A stretch of 62,879 nucleotides of DNA, counting the filler, from Stramenopiles sp. TOSAG23-3 (taxonomy: Eukaryota): NCBI GenBank assembly GCA_900128585.1. It is 5 parts of 5 records of this genome, joined end to end, with 100 filler letters (N's around TTAATTAATTAA, not from the genome) between each part and the next. Parts side by side here need not be neighbours in the genome. Positions count along the whole stretch, not along the records: positions 1 to 28,174 come from LT642251.1; positions 28,275 to 56,259 come from LT642253.1; 3 more parts are not named here. The stretch is one strand, 5' to 3'. Below are positions 19,974 through 30,796 of this stretch, one piece after another. The notes beneath the pieces are model-generated. The model did no database searches. It worked only from the letters and a program-made list of their open reading frames with translations, and was not told where the DNA came from. Each line of letters opens with the position of its first letter. The stretch's first letter is position 1. The position numbers and the translations under genes were made by a program.

Positions 19974-20452
19974 AATATATTAATATGAAACGAAGTAGTA
20001 ATTAACGCGGTGTTAATCGTATACAAAATACAAGCAACAGCAGTTTTTGCAATTTTTTATCCCGTTTCGTTTTCAATCTTTCTTTCTGTATTTTGTATAA
20101 TATTGTATCTTTATATAGTAATAATCTTCTTTTTCTTTTACTTCTTCTTCTTCTAAAAAATAAACAAAAAAAAAGATTAATAATTATCATCATCAACGCA
20201 ACAACAACAACAACATAATTATTTTTGGATTTGCACTTTGGTACTACGAACAACTGTCTCTATGTAATTCTGAAATTGGTGCACCAAGAATTTTATTTAC
20301 ACCATATACCATGAGTATTATTATAATATTTTTTATAAAAAATGTTTTTTTTTGTTGTTTTTTTTATTTTTTTTATTTTTTTTATTTTTTTATTTTTGTT
20401 GTTCGTCATCATCATCATCACCACCACGACGTCGTCTATAATAAGGAGGTTG

Positions 20453-20486
<34 letters not shown>

Positions 20487-20668
20487 AAATTATTATTATA
20501 TTCTAATAAATGATAAAGGTTGTATATGTTATCATTCTATAGTTTAAATGTACATAGATTAGGTATGCTGAGATATAAATTTAGTAGATAGATTGTTTTC
20601 GATAGTTACGTGTCTGATCGTTCGTGTTTGTTGTCGTTTGTTTGTTTTTGTTTTTTCGGCAGATAAAA

Positions 20669-21670
20669 ATGGCCGACCCTTTCACTTACAACCCAACTGC
20701 AACTGCGACCGACGGGGTGAGGCAGCGTCGCCCGAAGTCTTCCGTAACACCGGATGCTCCCACGGGGGCGGAGGAAGTCGTAGAGTCAATGGAGACGGAC
20801 AATCATTTTGGAATCAATGCGGCTATTGTCTTCCATTTGGTCGGATCATGGCTTCAATCGATAGCCCATACATTGTTGTTGACGCTGGCGTACTCCCCAT
20901 GGTTAGGGTTAGCGAATTTTGACTCCGCCGATATCTTTTGTGAAATTTTTGGACCTGTTTTGGGGTATTTGCTGACTATGCGGTACGTTGGCGGTTGCTA
21001 CGGGAAAATGAGTGGATCCTGGAATACGTTTTTACGCTCGTTCGTTGTCGTTCTGTTTGCCCAGATCGCCCATTTCACGGTCTTTTGGATGGAGGACGTT
21101 ATATCAGAGACCCAGGCCATCCCTGCCCCGGTCGCAAGCGTGGTGAACAGCAAGTATTTCGTTTCTCTGGTAAGCATGGCCTGCATCAAACTTTTCTACG
21201 AAAACGTTCCCGGCTTCAGGATAGAGAATTCCTGCCTGAACCGGTGCTGCAGCTGCTGCGTCGATACGTGCACGTTTATTTTCTATTGTATGTGGATGTC
21301 CGTCTCTGTTATCACAATTATTGGGTTGTTTCTCGATAGCAGTTTCAGTTTCGATAATCCCGGCACACATTGGCAGTTCAGGTTCGGTGGTGGGGGCGCT
21401 GGCAGTGGTGGAAATTACGACGTGCCAAGCTTTGGCGGGCACGTTAGCAAAAGGACAAAGTCGTTGAGGGCACTGAACCTTGGCACGAGTGCTACGATGC
21501 GTGACATAAAAACGGCGTACCGAACGTTGGCAAAGCAGTACCACCCGGACAAATGCGGAAACGGTGCCGCGTCGATGCCGAAAACGGAGTGCGAGGAAAA
21601 GTTTATACACGTGAAGGAAGGCTACGAGTACCTGACAAAAAAGACACGTCGAAGTGGGCGTCGCTTGTAA
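20669..21670 (+). CDS. Multi-pass membrane protein with a C-terminal DnaJ domain
   Basis: IKTAYRTLAKQYHPDK...KFIHVKEGYEYL; several TM helices upstream; ATG at 20669. Confidence 0.88.
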   Translation: MADPFTYNPTATATDGVRQRRPKSSVTPDAPTGAEEVVESMETDNHFGINAAIVFHLVGSWLQSIAHTLLLTLAYSPWLGLANFDSADIFCEIFGPVLGYLLTMRYVGGCYGKMSGSWNTFLRSFVVVLFAQIAHFTVFWMEDVISETQAIPAPVASVVNSKYFVSLVSMACIKLFYENVPGFRIENSCLNRCCSCCVDTCTFIFYCMWMSVSVITIIGLFLDSSFSFDNPGTHWQFRFGGGGAGSGGNYDVPSFGGHVSKRTKSLRALNLGTSATMRDIKTAYRTLAKQYHPDKCGNGAASMPKTECEEKFIHVKEGYEYLTKKTRRSGRRL

Positions 21671-21944
21671 AGTTCTGACGAAGATTACCGAACTGATTAT
21701 GTACTTTTTTGATATTTAAAATGAGAGAATGAGAGTCTTAAAGAGCATACTATAAAAAAAACAAATTATACAGAGCATACTACATAATTTGTTTTTTTAT
21801 TTCCCAGAAATCGTAAGTGATACAAAATGAGAGTCTTAAACCACGTACTATATTTAATTTTGTTTTTTTATTTCCCTTCTTTTTTATTTCTCTTTTACAC
21901 TAATTGATACCTTCGTAAGTTAAGATACCAATGCCTTACCAGAT

Positions 21945-22397
21945 CTACACCAACCAGGATTGTTCGACACATTCCCGAACCCGCCTTCTGTACTCCCGTT
22001 TGTCGTTTACAAACAATTCGGATGCCTCCGTGTTTGCGGGAGAGTCCGGGTTCGGGTCTGACAAAAGCTGCTGTATCGATTGTAAAATTGACCCCAGGGT
22101 GTAGGACTGCACCCAGTTTTTCTGCAAAATATCAAGGCAAATTTTCCCGTCTCTATAGACGTTTGGGTGGAAACAGCTCGTCTGAAAAATAATTAAGGGT
22201 GGTTCCTGAGGGTACGCAGTTGGCAGGACAATGCTAAGCACAAATATTCCACCCTCGAACAAGGTGTCCTCTACTCCTTCAATAGTCGCTGTAAAATGCT
22301 GCAAGTCCGTGCCCCAGGCAACGTCTATTCCAGTCAAAGGCGTTTTGGCCAACAACCGCATGTCCTTCGTGACACGCTTACTAAACTGCGTCGACAT
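21945..22397 (-). CDS. UBC2: Ubiquitin-conjugating enzyme E2, Rad6/UBC2-like
   Basis: FHPNVYRDGKICLDILQ active site, PNPDSPAN, C-terminal VEQSW typical of Rad6. Confidence 0.88.
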   Translation of the reverse strand: MSTQFSKRVTKDMRLLAKTPLTGIDVAWGTDLQHFTATIEGVEDTLFEGGIFVLSIVLPTAYPQEPPLIIFQTSCFHPNVYRDGKICLDILQKNWVQSYTLGSILQSIQQLLSDPNPDSPANTEASELFVNDKREYRRRVRECVEQSWLV

Positions 22398-22739
22398 GGT
22401 AACTACACACGGACGAGACTACCAAACGGTTCCCTTTGTAAAATAAATAAAAAGGACAGGACAGTCTTCAAAATGTAAACGATTAAATTTTTCATTCCAT
22501 GCAATATTTGTTTTAAATGAATATGATATAGAATATATATAAACAAATCGGAATGAAGAAATTCAAATTTTAAAGTGTATTATGTAAAAAGAAATAATTA
22601 TTTTTTATAGTAATAATAAATAATTTTTAATAATAATTATTTATTACCAGTGTACGAAGTCGTTCTAAGTAGTAGTAGGTCTAGTCGTCTAAAAAAAAAA
22701 ATAATAATAATAATATACTAAAAAAAAATAAACGAACAG

Positions 22740-22788
22740 CCTCCTCCTCCTCCTGCCTCCTCTTCTTCTTTCTTTCTTTCTTTCTTTG

Positions 22789-22858
<70 letters not shown>

Positions 22859-22860
22859 TT
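22740..22860. repeat. (CTTT)n microsatellite
   Basis: Directly visible. Confidence 0.95.
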
Positions 22861-23347
22861 AGATAACAATAGTCTCTAATAAAAAAGGAAAAAAACGAAG
22901 GAGGAAAGACGGAGAAATTATACTTTTATTACTATATTAGTATACATTATTATATAGGTATTTAATATAAATATTTATAAATATAAAAACCGACGACCAT
23001 ATAGAAGCCCCCCCCATCAGCAAGGAACAAACAAGAGAGAGAAAGCAGCAGCAGTTGTATTAATACAATTAGAAATAATTATTAAATAATTCTTTCTTCC
23101 TTCTTCTTCCCAAAATATATTTTGATAATAATAAATAAATAAAAAAAGGCCTCCCTCCTTCAGTTTTGTTGTTTGCTGTTGAAGAACGACGTTCGAACTT
23201 AATACATATTCTCGTCGTTCGTAGTCAGAAAAAGCATGCGCCCGATACTCAATTCAGTTTCTCTAGCAAGTGTCGGTGCAAGAAAGATTTATTTGTTTCT
23301 TGTGATCCGGACCACAGTGAAGTGAGCCTGAAAAACTCGTCTACAGT

Positions 23348-24301
23348 ATGGCGGCGAAGAGAACGGTATTGCGGCAGGTTGTGGAGCTACCAGTAACGGC
23401 AAACTGCTGTTGGGAAAAGGAAATGGGTGGGGATGAATTTTGCAAGACTTACCGTGTTCGGTACAATAAAACCCACGAAATGGGCATAATTAAATCTATT
23501 AACATAGGCCTTGTTTCCAAAGCGTCCCAGAAAGATATTGACTCTGTGTGGAAACAGTTTTTGGCCGACTTGGCGATACTTCGTGGGCTTGCAGACAGCC
23601 CGTACGTAGGAAAGCCTGGCAGCCTATCCACAACGTACGACCGAGAAGTGCTGCACGTTCAAATTCCCATGCAGCCCAAAAATTTGTGCTCGTTTGTAAA
23701 TAGCGAAGAAAGGCAGGTCTTAGAAGCAACGCAGTTCGGGCGGTTTGATTTTTTGATGCGAAAGTATATTTATCAAATAGCCAAAGGTTTGCAGCACTTG
23801 CATGACAACCGCATTTGTCACCAGCGGATATGCCTAGAAAATATTCTCGTGGTGAATGATGACGAAGACATAGTGCTGTCCGATGCCTATTTTAAGCGCT
23901 CTTTTAAATTTGGTTATTTGTCCGACTCGTTGTGCTGGCCCCCAGAAATGTTCCACCCAAACGGAAAACACAATTTCAGCACCGACATGTACATGGTTGG
24001 AGTACTCCTGCTGGAGTTGCTCGTGGGAGAAAGGGTGAAGGCGCGGACGAGAGGGCCGTTAAGCCTGCAGCCGAAATTACTAGAAAAGTATAATCAGAAA
24101 ATGCATTTACAGTCCCCTAAGCAGTTCAAAGAAATTGTTGACCACCTGATTGCAGAAAAACCGGATCAAAGGTGGTCGGCCAAGCAGTTGGCCGATCATT
24201 TAGAGGAAGGGGTGCTAGCCGAGCAGGGGAAATATAGAGGTGGGTTGTCTGCAATAAAGAAGAAAACGGCAAATATGGCCGACGAAGGTAAGGGGGAATG
24301 A
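23348..24301 (+). CDS. Protein kinase-like protein, probable pseudokinase
   Basis: QIAKGLQHLHDNRICHQRICLENIL, WPPEMF, DMYMVGVLLLELLVG, PDQRWSA; HRD replaced by HQR and DFG by DAY. Confidence 0.8.
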   Translation: MAAKRTVLRQVVELPVTANCCWEKEMGGDEFCKTYRVRYNKTHEMGIIKSINIGLVSKASQKDIDSVWKQFLADLAILRGLADSPYVGKPGSLSTTYDREVLHVQIPMQPKNLCSFVNSEERQVLEATQFGRFDFLMRKYIYQIAKGLQHLHDNRICHQRICLENILVVNDDEDIVLSDAYFKRSFKFGYLSDSLCWPPEMFHPNGKHNFSTDMYMVGVLLLELLVGERVKARTRGPLSLQPKLLEKYNQKMHLQSPKQFKEIVDHLIAEKPDQRWSAKQLADHLEEGVLAEQGKYRGGLSAIKKKTANMADEGKGE

Positions 24302-24373
24302 ATGTGTCTTTGAAAAATTTGTTCGTGCCGAGTGATAAGTGTACGTGGAGGGTGTGTGTGTGNNNNNNNNNNN

Positions 24374-24421
<48 letters not shown>

Positions 24422-24901
24422 GGCATTTTATCATTTTTATGCAACATGCTTGTTGCGTGCTTTTATTGCTGAATCCTTCCTGATAATTATTTTGTGTGTG
24501 TTTTGTTGTATCATATATTATAAATAATAAAATAAAGAAGTATAAATACCAAATACCAATTCCCGGGGGTAAGGCACTTTTTTACCGGTACGACGTCGAT
24601 GAAAATTAGTATAAGCTAAAATACGTATTATATATAATAATACAGCGCACAGTGAGGCTAAAAAAGATACTTATTTTATAATAATATTTCCGTTTCTTTC
24701 TTCTTCTTCTTCTTCTATTTTTTCCCCCATTATCATCATCATCATCATCATCGATGTAGCAGTTGTAATACAACAGCATCACACCACTGTTGCCACCACA
24801 AAACCACATTCCTACAACAACTGCTGAAGAAGAAGAAGAACTCTTCTTTGCTTCTTCTTCTCCCAAAATTATTATTATAATCCCCTCTTCTTTTCTTACC
24901 G

Positions 24902-25981
24902 ATGCCCGGCGACCCCCTTTCCCGCGCACGTGCGGTTCAAATTGGCAGGCCTGTTCTGCATCACGCGAAGAAGTTAGATGAAGACTTTTGCCAACGCTTC
25001 TTTCCCTCTCGCGTTCATGGATCCGGGTTGGGGCAATTCGAATTCGATTGCACCTGTTTCAACATGGATCGTCCGGAGACGCCGAAACGTATAATTCAGA
25101 TTAGTGCGTTTGTAACCCCTCGGGAGAACAACAGGTCGAGGACAAAAGGCAACAGCTCTAGAAGAAAACGGCAGGGCAAAGGGTCAACAAAAAGCAAACA
25201 CAAAACGCCCAATGCTTTTGCATCGCCAAAGAGGACTTCGCGAAGAAATCGGTCGCTGTCACCGCACCGAAGAATCCGTTTACTTCGAGAGCAGTTTGGA
25301 AAGCAGGCAGTAGACGTAAACGTGTATGGTATGGAGCAGGGCCAGCATACGTACCTGGGCTACGGCAAAAGTGATTTTTTCAGTTACCACCTTTGCCCTG
25401 TCCGTGTAAATTTGATATCCAAGTACATGGCGAATGAGGTCCATCGAAAACGAAGAAGTCCATTTTTGAACCGTCGTCGATTGGAAAGTGGCTTTCCAGA
25501 GTGGCGAGTGGCAACTAGCGAGTTGAAATACTCCGACTGTGGAATATGCAACGAAAGTATATTTCAGGGGGACGTCGTTGCGGAGCTCGTGGAGTGTGGG
25601 CACATATACCACACCAAATGTTTGAAGCCTTATTTTATCCAAACGAATTACAAAGTGTGCCCGTTGTGCAATTATCACTTGTGTGCAGCAGAATTGAAGT
25701 CCATTCAGAGAAAGAACCAGGCAGGTAAAACCAAATGGTTCCTACAGAAAAACTCCGACGGGTATTACCAGTCCCTTCGCGAAGATGTGCTGACTCCAGT
25801 AAAAGAGCGCTTGAAGAAGAAGGATCGCGCACGGTTTTTAGAGTTATACGGTCACAACGAACCCGGATACCGACAACAATATTCAAGTCAAGTGATCCAC
25901 AGCCCGCTGAAGCATGACGAGTTTATCCATGCGATTGACAAGTCTGTGCACGATGACGTGGCAGACGAGTTTGTAATCTGA
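24902..25981 (+). CDS. RING-H2 zinc finger protein (putative E3 ligase)
   Basis: CGIC-x13-CGHIYHTKC-x11-CPLC. Confidence 0.85.
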   Translation: MPGDPLSRARAVQIGRPVLHHAKKLDEDFCQRFFPSRVHGSGLGQFEFDCTCFNMDRPETPKRIIQISAFVTPRENNRSRTKGNSSRRKRQGKGSTKSKHKTPNAFASPKRTSRRNRSLSPHRRIRLLREQFGKQAVDVNVYGMEQGQHTYLGYGKSDFFSYHLCPVRVNLISKYMANEVHRKRRSPFLNRRRLESGFPEWRVATSELKYSDCGICNESIFQGDVVAELVECGHIYHTKCLKPYFIQTNYKVCPLCNYHLCAAELKSIQRKNQAGKTKWFLQKNSDGYYQSLREDVLTPVKERLKKKDRARFLELYGHNEPGYRQQYSSQVIHSPLKHDEFIHAIDKSVHDDVADEFVI

Positions 25982-26206
25982 GGGTTCGGCGAGAAAGCAA
26001 AATTGAATATCGATAAATATCGCGTCGCGCGTGTATGTGTACATTAAAAAAAAAAAATGCGTGTATGTGTACATTAAAAAAAAAAAATCGTGACAGTTTT
26101 TGTCCCCCTGCTCGGACTATTCTTCTAAGAAGGTCTCCTCGATTTTCAACTCATCATAAATAAGCGCTAGTGTTGTGTTTTTTTAATTTTAACACGATTG
26201 GCACCG

Positions 26207-27374
26207 TTATCGTGTCGGCGGACGACTACGACGAGCGCTATCTCCCCTTGAACCTCTCTTAGAAAGCGATTGGTTTTGCCTGCTTCGACGCCTCCTACTC
26301 CCGTCACTAGTGGATGGGCGCTTCTGTCTGTTTTCTATCTTAAGTGGGGATGTTACCAGCTTTCCCGATGTCCTGCCTGCCGCCATTCCGGTTGGCGCCG
26401 TCTTTGGGCGCTCCACTTGGGCGACATAATTTAAGGCCCCTGTCCCGCTCTGCAAAGACGAATTGGACGAAGGTCTTCTGTGCCCGTGGGACGTGCGAGG
26501 GCGCCTGCTTCCCTTTGATTTCATTTTTAAAGCACGCTTCGCCAACCGTTTTTGCCTCTGTTGCTCTTCTACGGCCAGCTTTTCCTCTTTCGCGGCGCGT
26601 TTTCTAGCCATAATCCTTAGTTTTAGCATTCTATTTCCGTCCGCTAGTAGGTCGGTCTTTCGAATATACAAAGAGCCGTTTCTGTAATAATGCGAAATGT
26701 GTTTCTGCATGTCCCCACTCAACATTTCTTTTGCCCCCAAGGGTTTCCCCCCTCCCACCCAGTTGTTGTTCCCGATCGGAGCCCCGATGGGGATGTCCTC
26801 AAATCGTTTCACTAGCACCGCCGTGTTCGGAGCAAATGCGTAGCGGCTTGGTTTGTAATTCTGCTTTATCATTTTAATTCTGCTTTATCATTTTCTTAAT
26901 TACAGCAGAGGGAACCTTGATCCTTGCAACATGCGGTGGGATCAGCCGTGTCCCACCGTTGCCTTCCACCGGTCTGTCTTTTCTTTCCCAAAACGGCGAT
27001 CCTTTTGATGCCACCGTCTGCTTCTTCAACTGTGATTTGACCATTTCTGTCTCATCGATTAGCTGCACTTCTCTCGCGAGGCCTGGCATTGTCACCAAGT
27101 ATTTGTTTTCGCGCATCTGTGTGTTTCTCGTGTCTATTCTTCGTATTGGCGGCCCTTGGAAAGTCTTGAACGTGTTGATGATTGCGTCCGAGTCATTCCG
27201 GATTGCGGACGGGTGGAGGGCAAATGGGCTCGGTGGTTCCTGAGACCCGAACGCTTTCTTTTTCTGCCGGTCCGCATACGTCGACTGCTCGACACCCCCC
27301 GACCGTTTGAGCCTGCCCGTTTTTGCCTTTTCTCTCCTCTTCAAGGCTATCTTCCTAGCTCGCTTGGATGCCAT
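26207..27374 (-). pseudogene. Single basic unknown protein split into two ORFs by a 19-bp tandem duplication (real lesion or assembly error)
   Basis: ORF 26874..27401 ends MIKQN* and ORF 26207..26872 begins MIKQNY; taattctgctttatcattt is present twice, at 26856-26874 and 26875-26893. Confidence 0.7.
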
Positions 27375-27510
27375 CCTTGACACAATTGGTCCCCCGTTCA
27401 AACTATTGGGAATTAATTACTGTAGCAGCGGAAAGAACCCTTCATAACAATGTAATATTTCTTCTACATGTACGTGCATACACACAAATATATTTTTAAT
27501 TCGTCTCGAT

Positions 27511-27585
27511 ACAAGAAAATTGGCTGCTATTCAAGTAATTAAAATTTATGTAATGCGAACTGAACTCTACTGGTGTGATTTTAGT
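27511..27585 (+). repeat. Copy of the dispersed intergenic repeat
   Basis: acaagaaaattggctgctattcaagtaattaaaatttatgtaatgcgaactgaactctactggtgtgattttagt matches 29936-30135. Confidence 0.85.
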
Positions 27586-28174
27586 AAGTAAGGTAGAAGA
27601 AGGGAATGATGATGAGCTATTTATTTGGGGAAAAAAAAAATAACACATTTCAGTGAATTAATAATTAATAATATTGTTGACAAACGAATAATAATAATAT
27701 TAATATATAGCCTGCGCCTGTGAAAAAATCTGTATTTAATGCTTCGTAAGTCAATGCTATTATAATATAATAATAAACAACAAACAAACAATCTTCTTCT
27801 TTTCTTCTTTTTTTTCTTCTTCTTCTCTTCTTCTTTCTTTCTTCTTCTTCTTTTCTTCTTTTTTTTCTTCTTCTTCTCTTCTTCTTCTTCTTTCTTCTTT
27901 TTTTCCCATCATCTCCATACATCATCCATCATCAACAAAAGAAAAAAGAAGAATTCATCATCACTTTCTTTTCTTCTTTCCAATAAGTAAATAAAAACGT
28001 TAAGAAATGAAATAAACCATTTTATAGAAAAAACAAAACTAAAATTTAAAACCAACATATAATTACTTCCCAACCTACAACAGTTCAAAATCAACAGGAG
28101 AATTATGGCAAGTTTATTAGTTGAGAGTGATGAGAAAAGGAGGAAGACAGGTGAGGAGGAGGATGGCATCAGCC

Positions 28175-28274
28175 NNNNNNNNNNNNNNNNNNNNNNNNNN
28201 NNNNNNNNNNNNNNNNNNTTAATTAATTAANNNNNNNNNNNNNNNNNNNNNNNNNNNNNNNNNNNNNNNNNNNN
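28175..28274. other. Artificial contig linker N44-TTAATTAATTAA-N44
   Basis: 100-nt spacer with a six-frame stop 12-mer; identical spacers at 56260, 58468 and 60674. Confidence 0.95.
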
Positions 28275-28750
28275 AGCTGTCACAGGGTCAGTAAGAATTT
28301 GTTCGTTTTTTCTGAAACTACCACAGAGCATTGAATATCTGAAGTAGAACCAATAATTATTAATTAAAACAAGAAGGAAAATTGAGTATTTAATTTTAGT
28401 AATACCTACCACAGCATTAAATAATATTATTAACAGAAAAACGAACGACAACCACGTGAAAAAAAAAAAAAGAATGGACGACTGCTGAATTTTAATCCCA
28501 ATGCTGTGTCATAGTAGTGTTGCTGACGACAACAACCGACCCGCCGCCGACCTTGACTGACTAATTTCTTTCCTAATTACTCTTTCCTTTGACAGACTTG
28601 GCTTGGCCTATCATTACGTTCCATGACGATTGCTGCCACGGCAGAAAATAAAACTACTAACCAATAAACCCCGAACATGCACTTCCCCTATAAACCATTC
28701 CCAGTCTTTGCACGCAATTTGTACATGATCGCCCCCCTCCTTAGTACAGC

Positions 28751-29896
28751 ATGGAATTTACTTACCAGGTAGACAAGGACGTCCACGGCACCGACGAGCA
28801 GGCCATAATGGCCGGGCGGTACCACGAGAGGGCAGAACAGTTTGCCAGAAGAAGGCACAAACAACGCCAGGGAAAAGTGCAAGAAGTGGTATGGGAGGAG
28901 AAAAAATCTAGGGACAACTATCACATGAGAATACTGAAGCAGCAGGAGGCGAGAGACATGCAGAACTACGAGTCCTTGTACACCAAGGAACTGCTCACGC
29001 GCCGTCGCCTGGCCCGCATCGAAGAACAGAGGAAGCACAAAATATTCTTGAAAAAGAAGCACGCGAAGGAGATCCGGGACAAGGTGCGCAACCGGCGGAT
29101 CGAAGAGGCCGAGTACGAAGCCCAGCGTATAAGGAAAAAGCTCGACGACGAATGGAAGCTTGTGAACAATACCCTTCGTAATCCGAATAGACAGCTCGAC
29201 GACGACAGCACCGTTCTGAGCACTGCTCCGTCGGAGGAACGGGTGGCGAGGCGCGCCAAAAGGAATAGCCAAGAGCACGAGTACACCCAAAGGTTTCGCT
29301 CAGACATACACAAAGCTATTCGAAAAGAGCACCACGACCGAGAGAAGGATAGAACAAAGTACGCGGGGCAGATGATACAAGACCATTCGGCCGCGACTTG
29401 CTTTGGGCACACGTCGGTTGCAAAAGGTCTGGGCACCGAGTTACTGGCCCGAGTGAACCAAGTTGGCACGTTCAAGGTCCCAACCAACCTTGACGATGCA
29501 GACGCCCTTCCCACGGAGCTCATCGACAACTTGAAAATAAAAAACGTAGCGCACCGCCGAAAAATAAGGGACCACCATTACCACGGCAAGGCGTGGAATG
29601 ACCACGTCACAAGTCTAGGCACCACCCCGTCAGAAAAATTGCTCCAGAAGAAGTACGAGTACGAAGAAAGGCGCCAGTGGCTCCGAATGCACATGCTGAA
29701 AGAGAAATCCGCCAGGAAGAAGGCGCCCCCGAAGAAGAACGTGTATATCCCAAAGTCGATGGCATCTCAGCATGCGATTCAACTTGGGATGCCCCACAAC
29801 AAGAGACAGGAGTACGACGAGAGGCGGGCGTTTCTCAGGAGTCACCTCACGGCAGAGGAAAAGTTTAAGCTGGCGAAACAGAGAGGTGACGCATGA
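28751..29896 (+). CDS. Unknown basic coiled-coil protein (381 aa)
   Basis: Long ATG-initiated ORF with coding-like GC; charged helical composition; short internal repeat EYEERRQWLRMH / EYDERRAFLRSH. Confidence 0.8.
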   Translation: MEFTYQVDKDVHGTDEQAIMAGRYHERAEQFARRRHKQRQGKVQEVVWEEKKSRDNYHMRILKQQEARDMQNYESLYTKELLTRRRLARIEEQRKHKIFLKKKHAKEIRDKVRNRRIEEAEYEAQRIRKKLDDEWKLVNNTLRNPNRQLDDDSTVLSTAPSEERVARRAKRNSQEHEYTQRFRSDIHKAIRKEHHDREKDRTKYAGQMIQDHSAATCFGHTSVAKGLGTELLARVNQVGTFKVPTNLDDADALPTELIDNLKIKNVAHRRKIRDHHYHGKAWNDHVTSLGTTPSEKLLQKKYEYEERRQWLRMHMLKEKSARKKAPPKKNVYIPKSMASQHAIQLGMPHNKRQEYDERRAFLRSHLTAEEKFKLAKQRGDA

Positions 29897-29935
29897 TTGA
29901 TGAGCCAGAAAGAAGAAATCACGAAATATATAACT

Positions 29936-30480
29936 CAAGAAAATTCGCTGTTATTTAAGTAACATAATTAAAATTAATGTACTGCGAACTGAACTCTAAA
30001 TTTAGACATTCAAGGTTATGTTTAAGAATTCTTAAAAACAAAAAATTGTCTTGTACAGCGAACTGAACTCTACTGGTGTGATTTTAGTGATCAATTAAAT
30101 ACTGCGAACTGCGAACTGAACTCTACTGGTGTGATAGAATTCTTAAAAACAAAAAAATTGGCTGTTATAACAGCAATAGAAGACTAATTGAACAAGAAAA
30201 TTGGCTTTAATTTACAGGTAATTAAAATTAATGTACACTGCGAACTGAACCCTAGATTTAGACATTCAAGGTTTACATTCCTTCACAATAATTTTGTTTT
30301 CATATTTATTAGTAGATTCATTTTCGCGGTATACGGGGAAGCCGCGAAAATGAATCTGCTCCTTTTGCCCATTAAAGGTTCACGTTCCTTCATTACGACG
30401 AACTTATCTCTACTCTTGTGGATTTACTAATCAATATACCCTCTTGTCACTTAGTCTTGACTATCATGCTCAGATGTACA
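29936..30480 (+). repeat. Cluster of modular dispersed-repeat units (GCGAACTGAACTCTA-type x4, CAAGAAAATTGGCT-type x3) plus a hairpin
   Basis: Reiterated modules visible; 30405-30479 matches 47586-47680. Confidence 0.85.
30311..30360. repeat. Inverted repeat/hairpin (16-bp perfect stem, 20 bp with G-T pairs, 10-nt loop)
   Basis: AGATTCATTTTCGCGG ... CCGCGAAAATGAATCT; one arm recurs at ~32229-32246. Confidence 0.9.
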
Positions 30481-30796
30481 CCATACGTGGTCCGAATCGA
30501 TATTTTTAAAAGAAGGGTTAATTATGCAAATAAATTATGTCGCCATTCCATTCTACGTCCTGGTCGCACTTTTTCATCTTCAAAAATAACTTAGTTTACA
30601 GGGTGATTACACCATTTTCTCGAATGGAACCGCACGTTTCGACCAGCTGCCATTTTGCACGCATAGGGTTGTTTGCACTAGTACATTTCCCTCTTCTTGT
30701 TTGCTTTCTGTAAACGGTTTTATCCCATACCGCACCAATGTCCCTCAAAATCACTTGTGCGAAAATGGTCTCCATAAAATATCAATTGTGGTAACA

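Noticed and set aside
24363-24420. Long poly-G tract as a G-quadruplex or regulatory element
   Set aside because: Abuts an N gap; length is unreliable and may be a sequencing artefact
28175-28274. Palindromic TTAATTAATTAA recurring four times
   Set aside because: Always centred in exactly 44+44 N; it is a six-frame-stop assembly linker, not biology. Adjacency across it is unreliable.
29936-30280. GCGAACTGAACTCTA repeats resembling a CRISPR array
   Set aside because: Irregular spacing, the 'spacers' are themselves repeated modules, no cas genes, eukaryotic context
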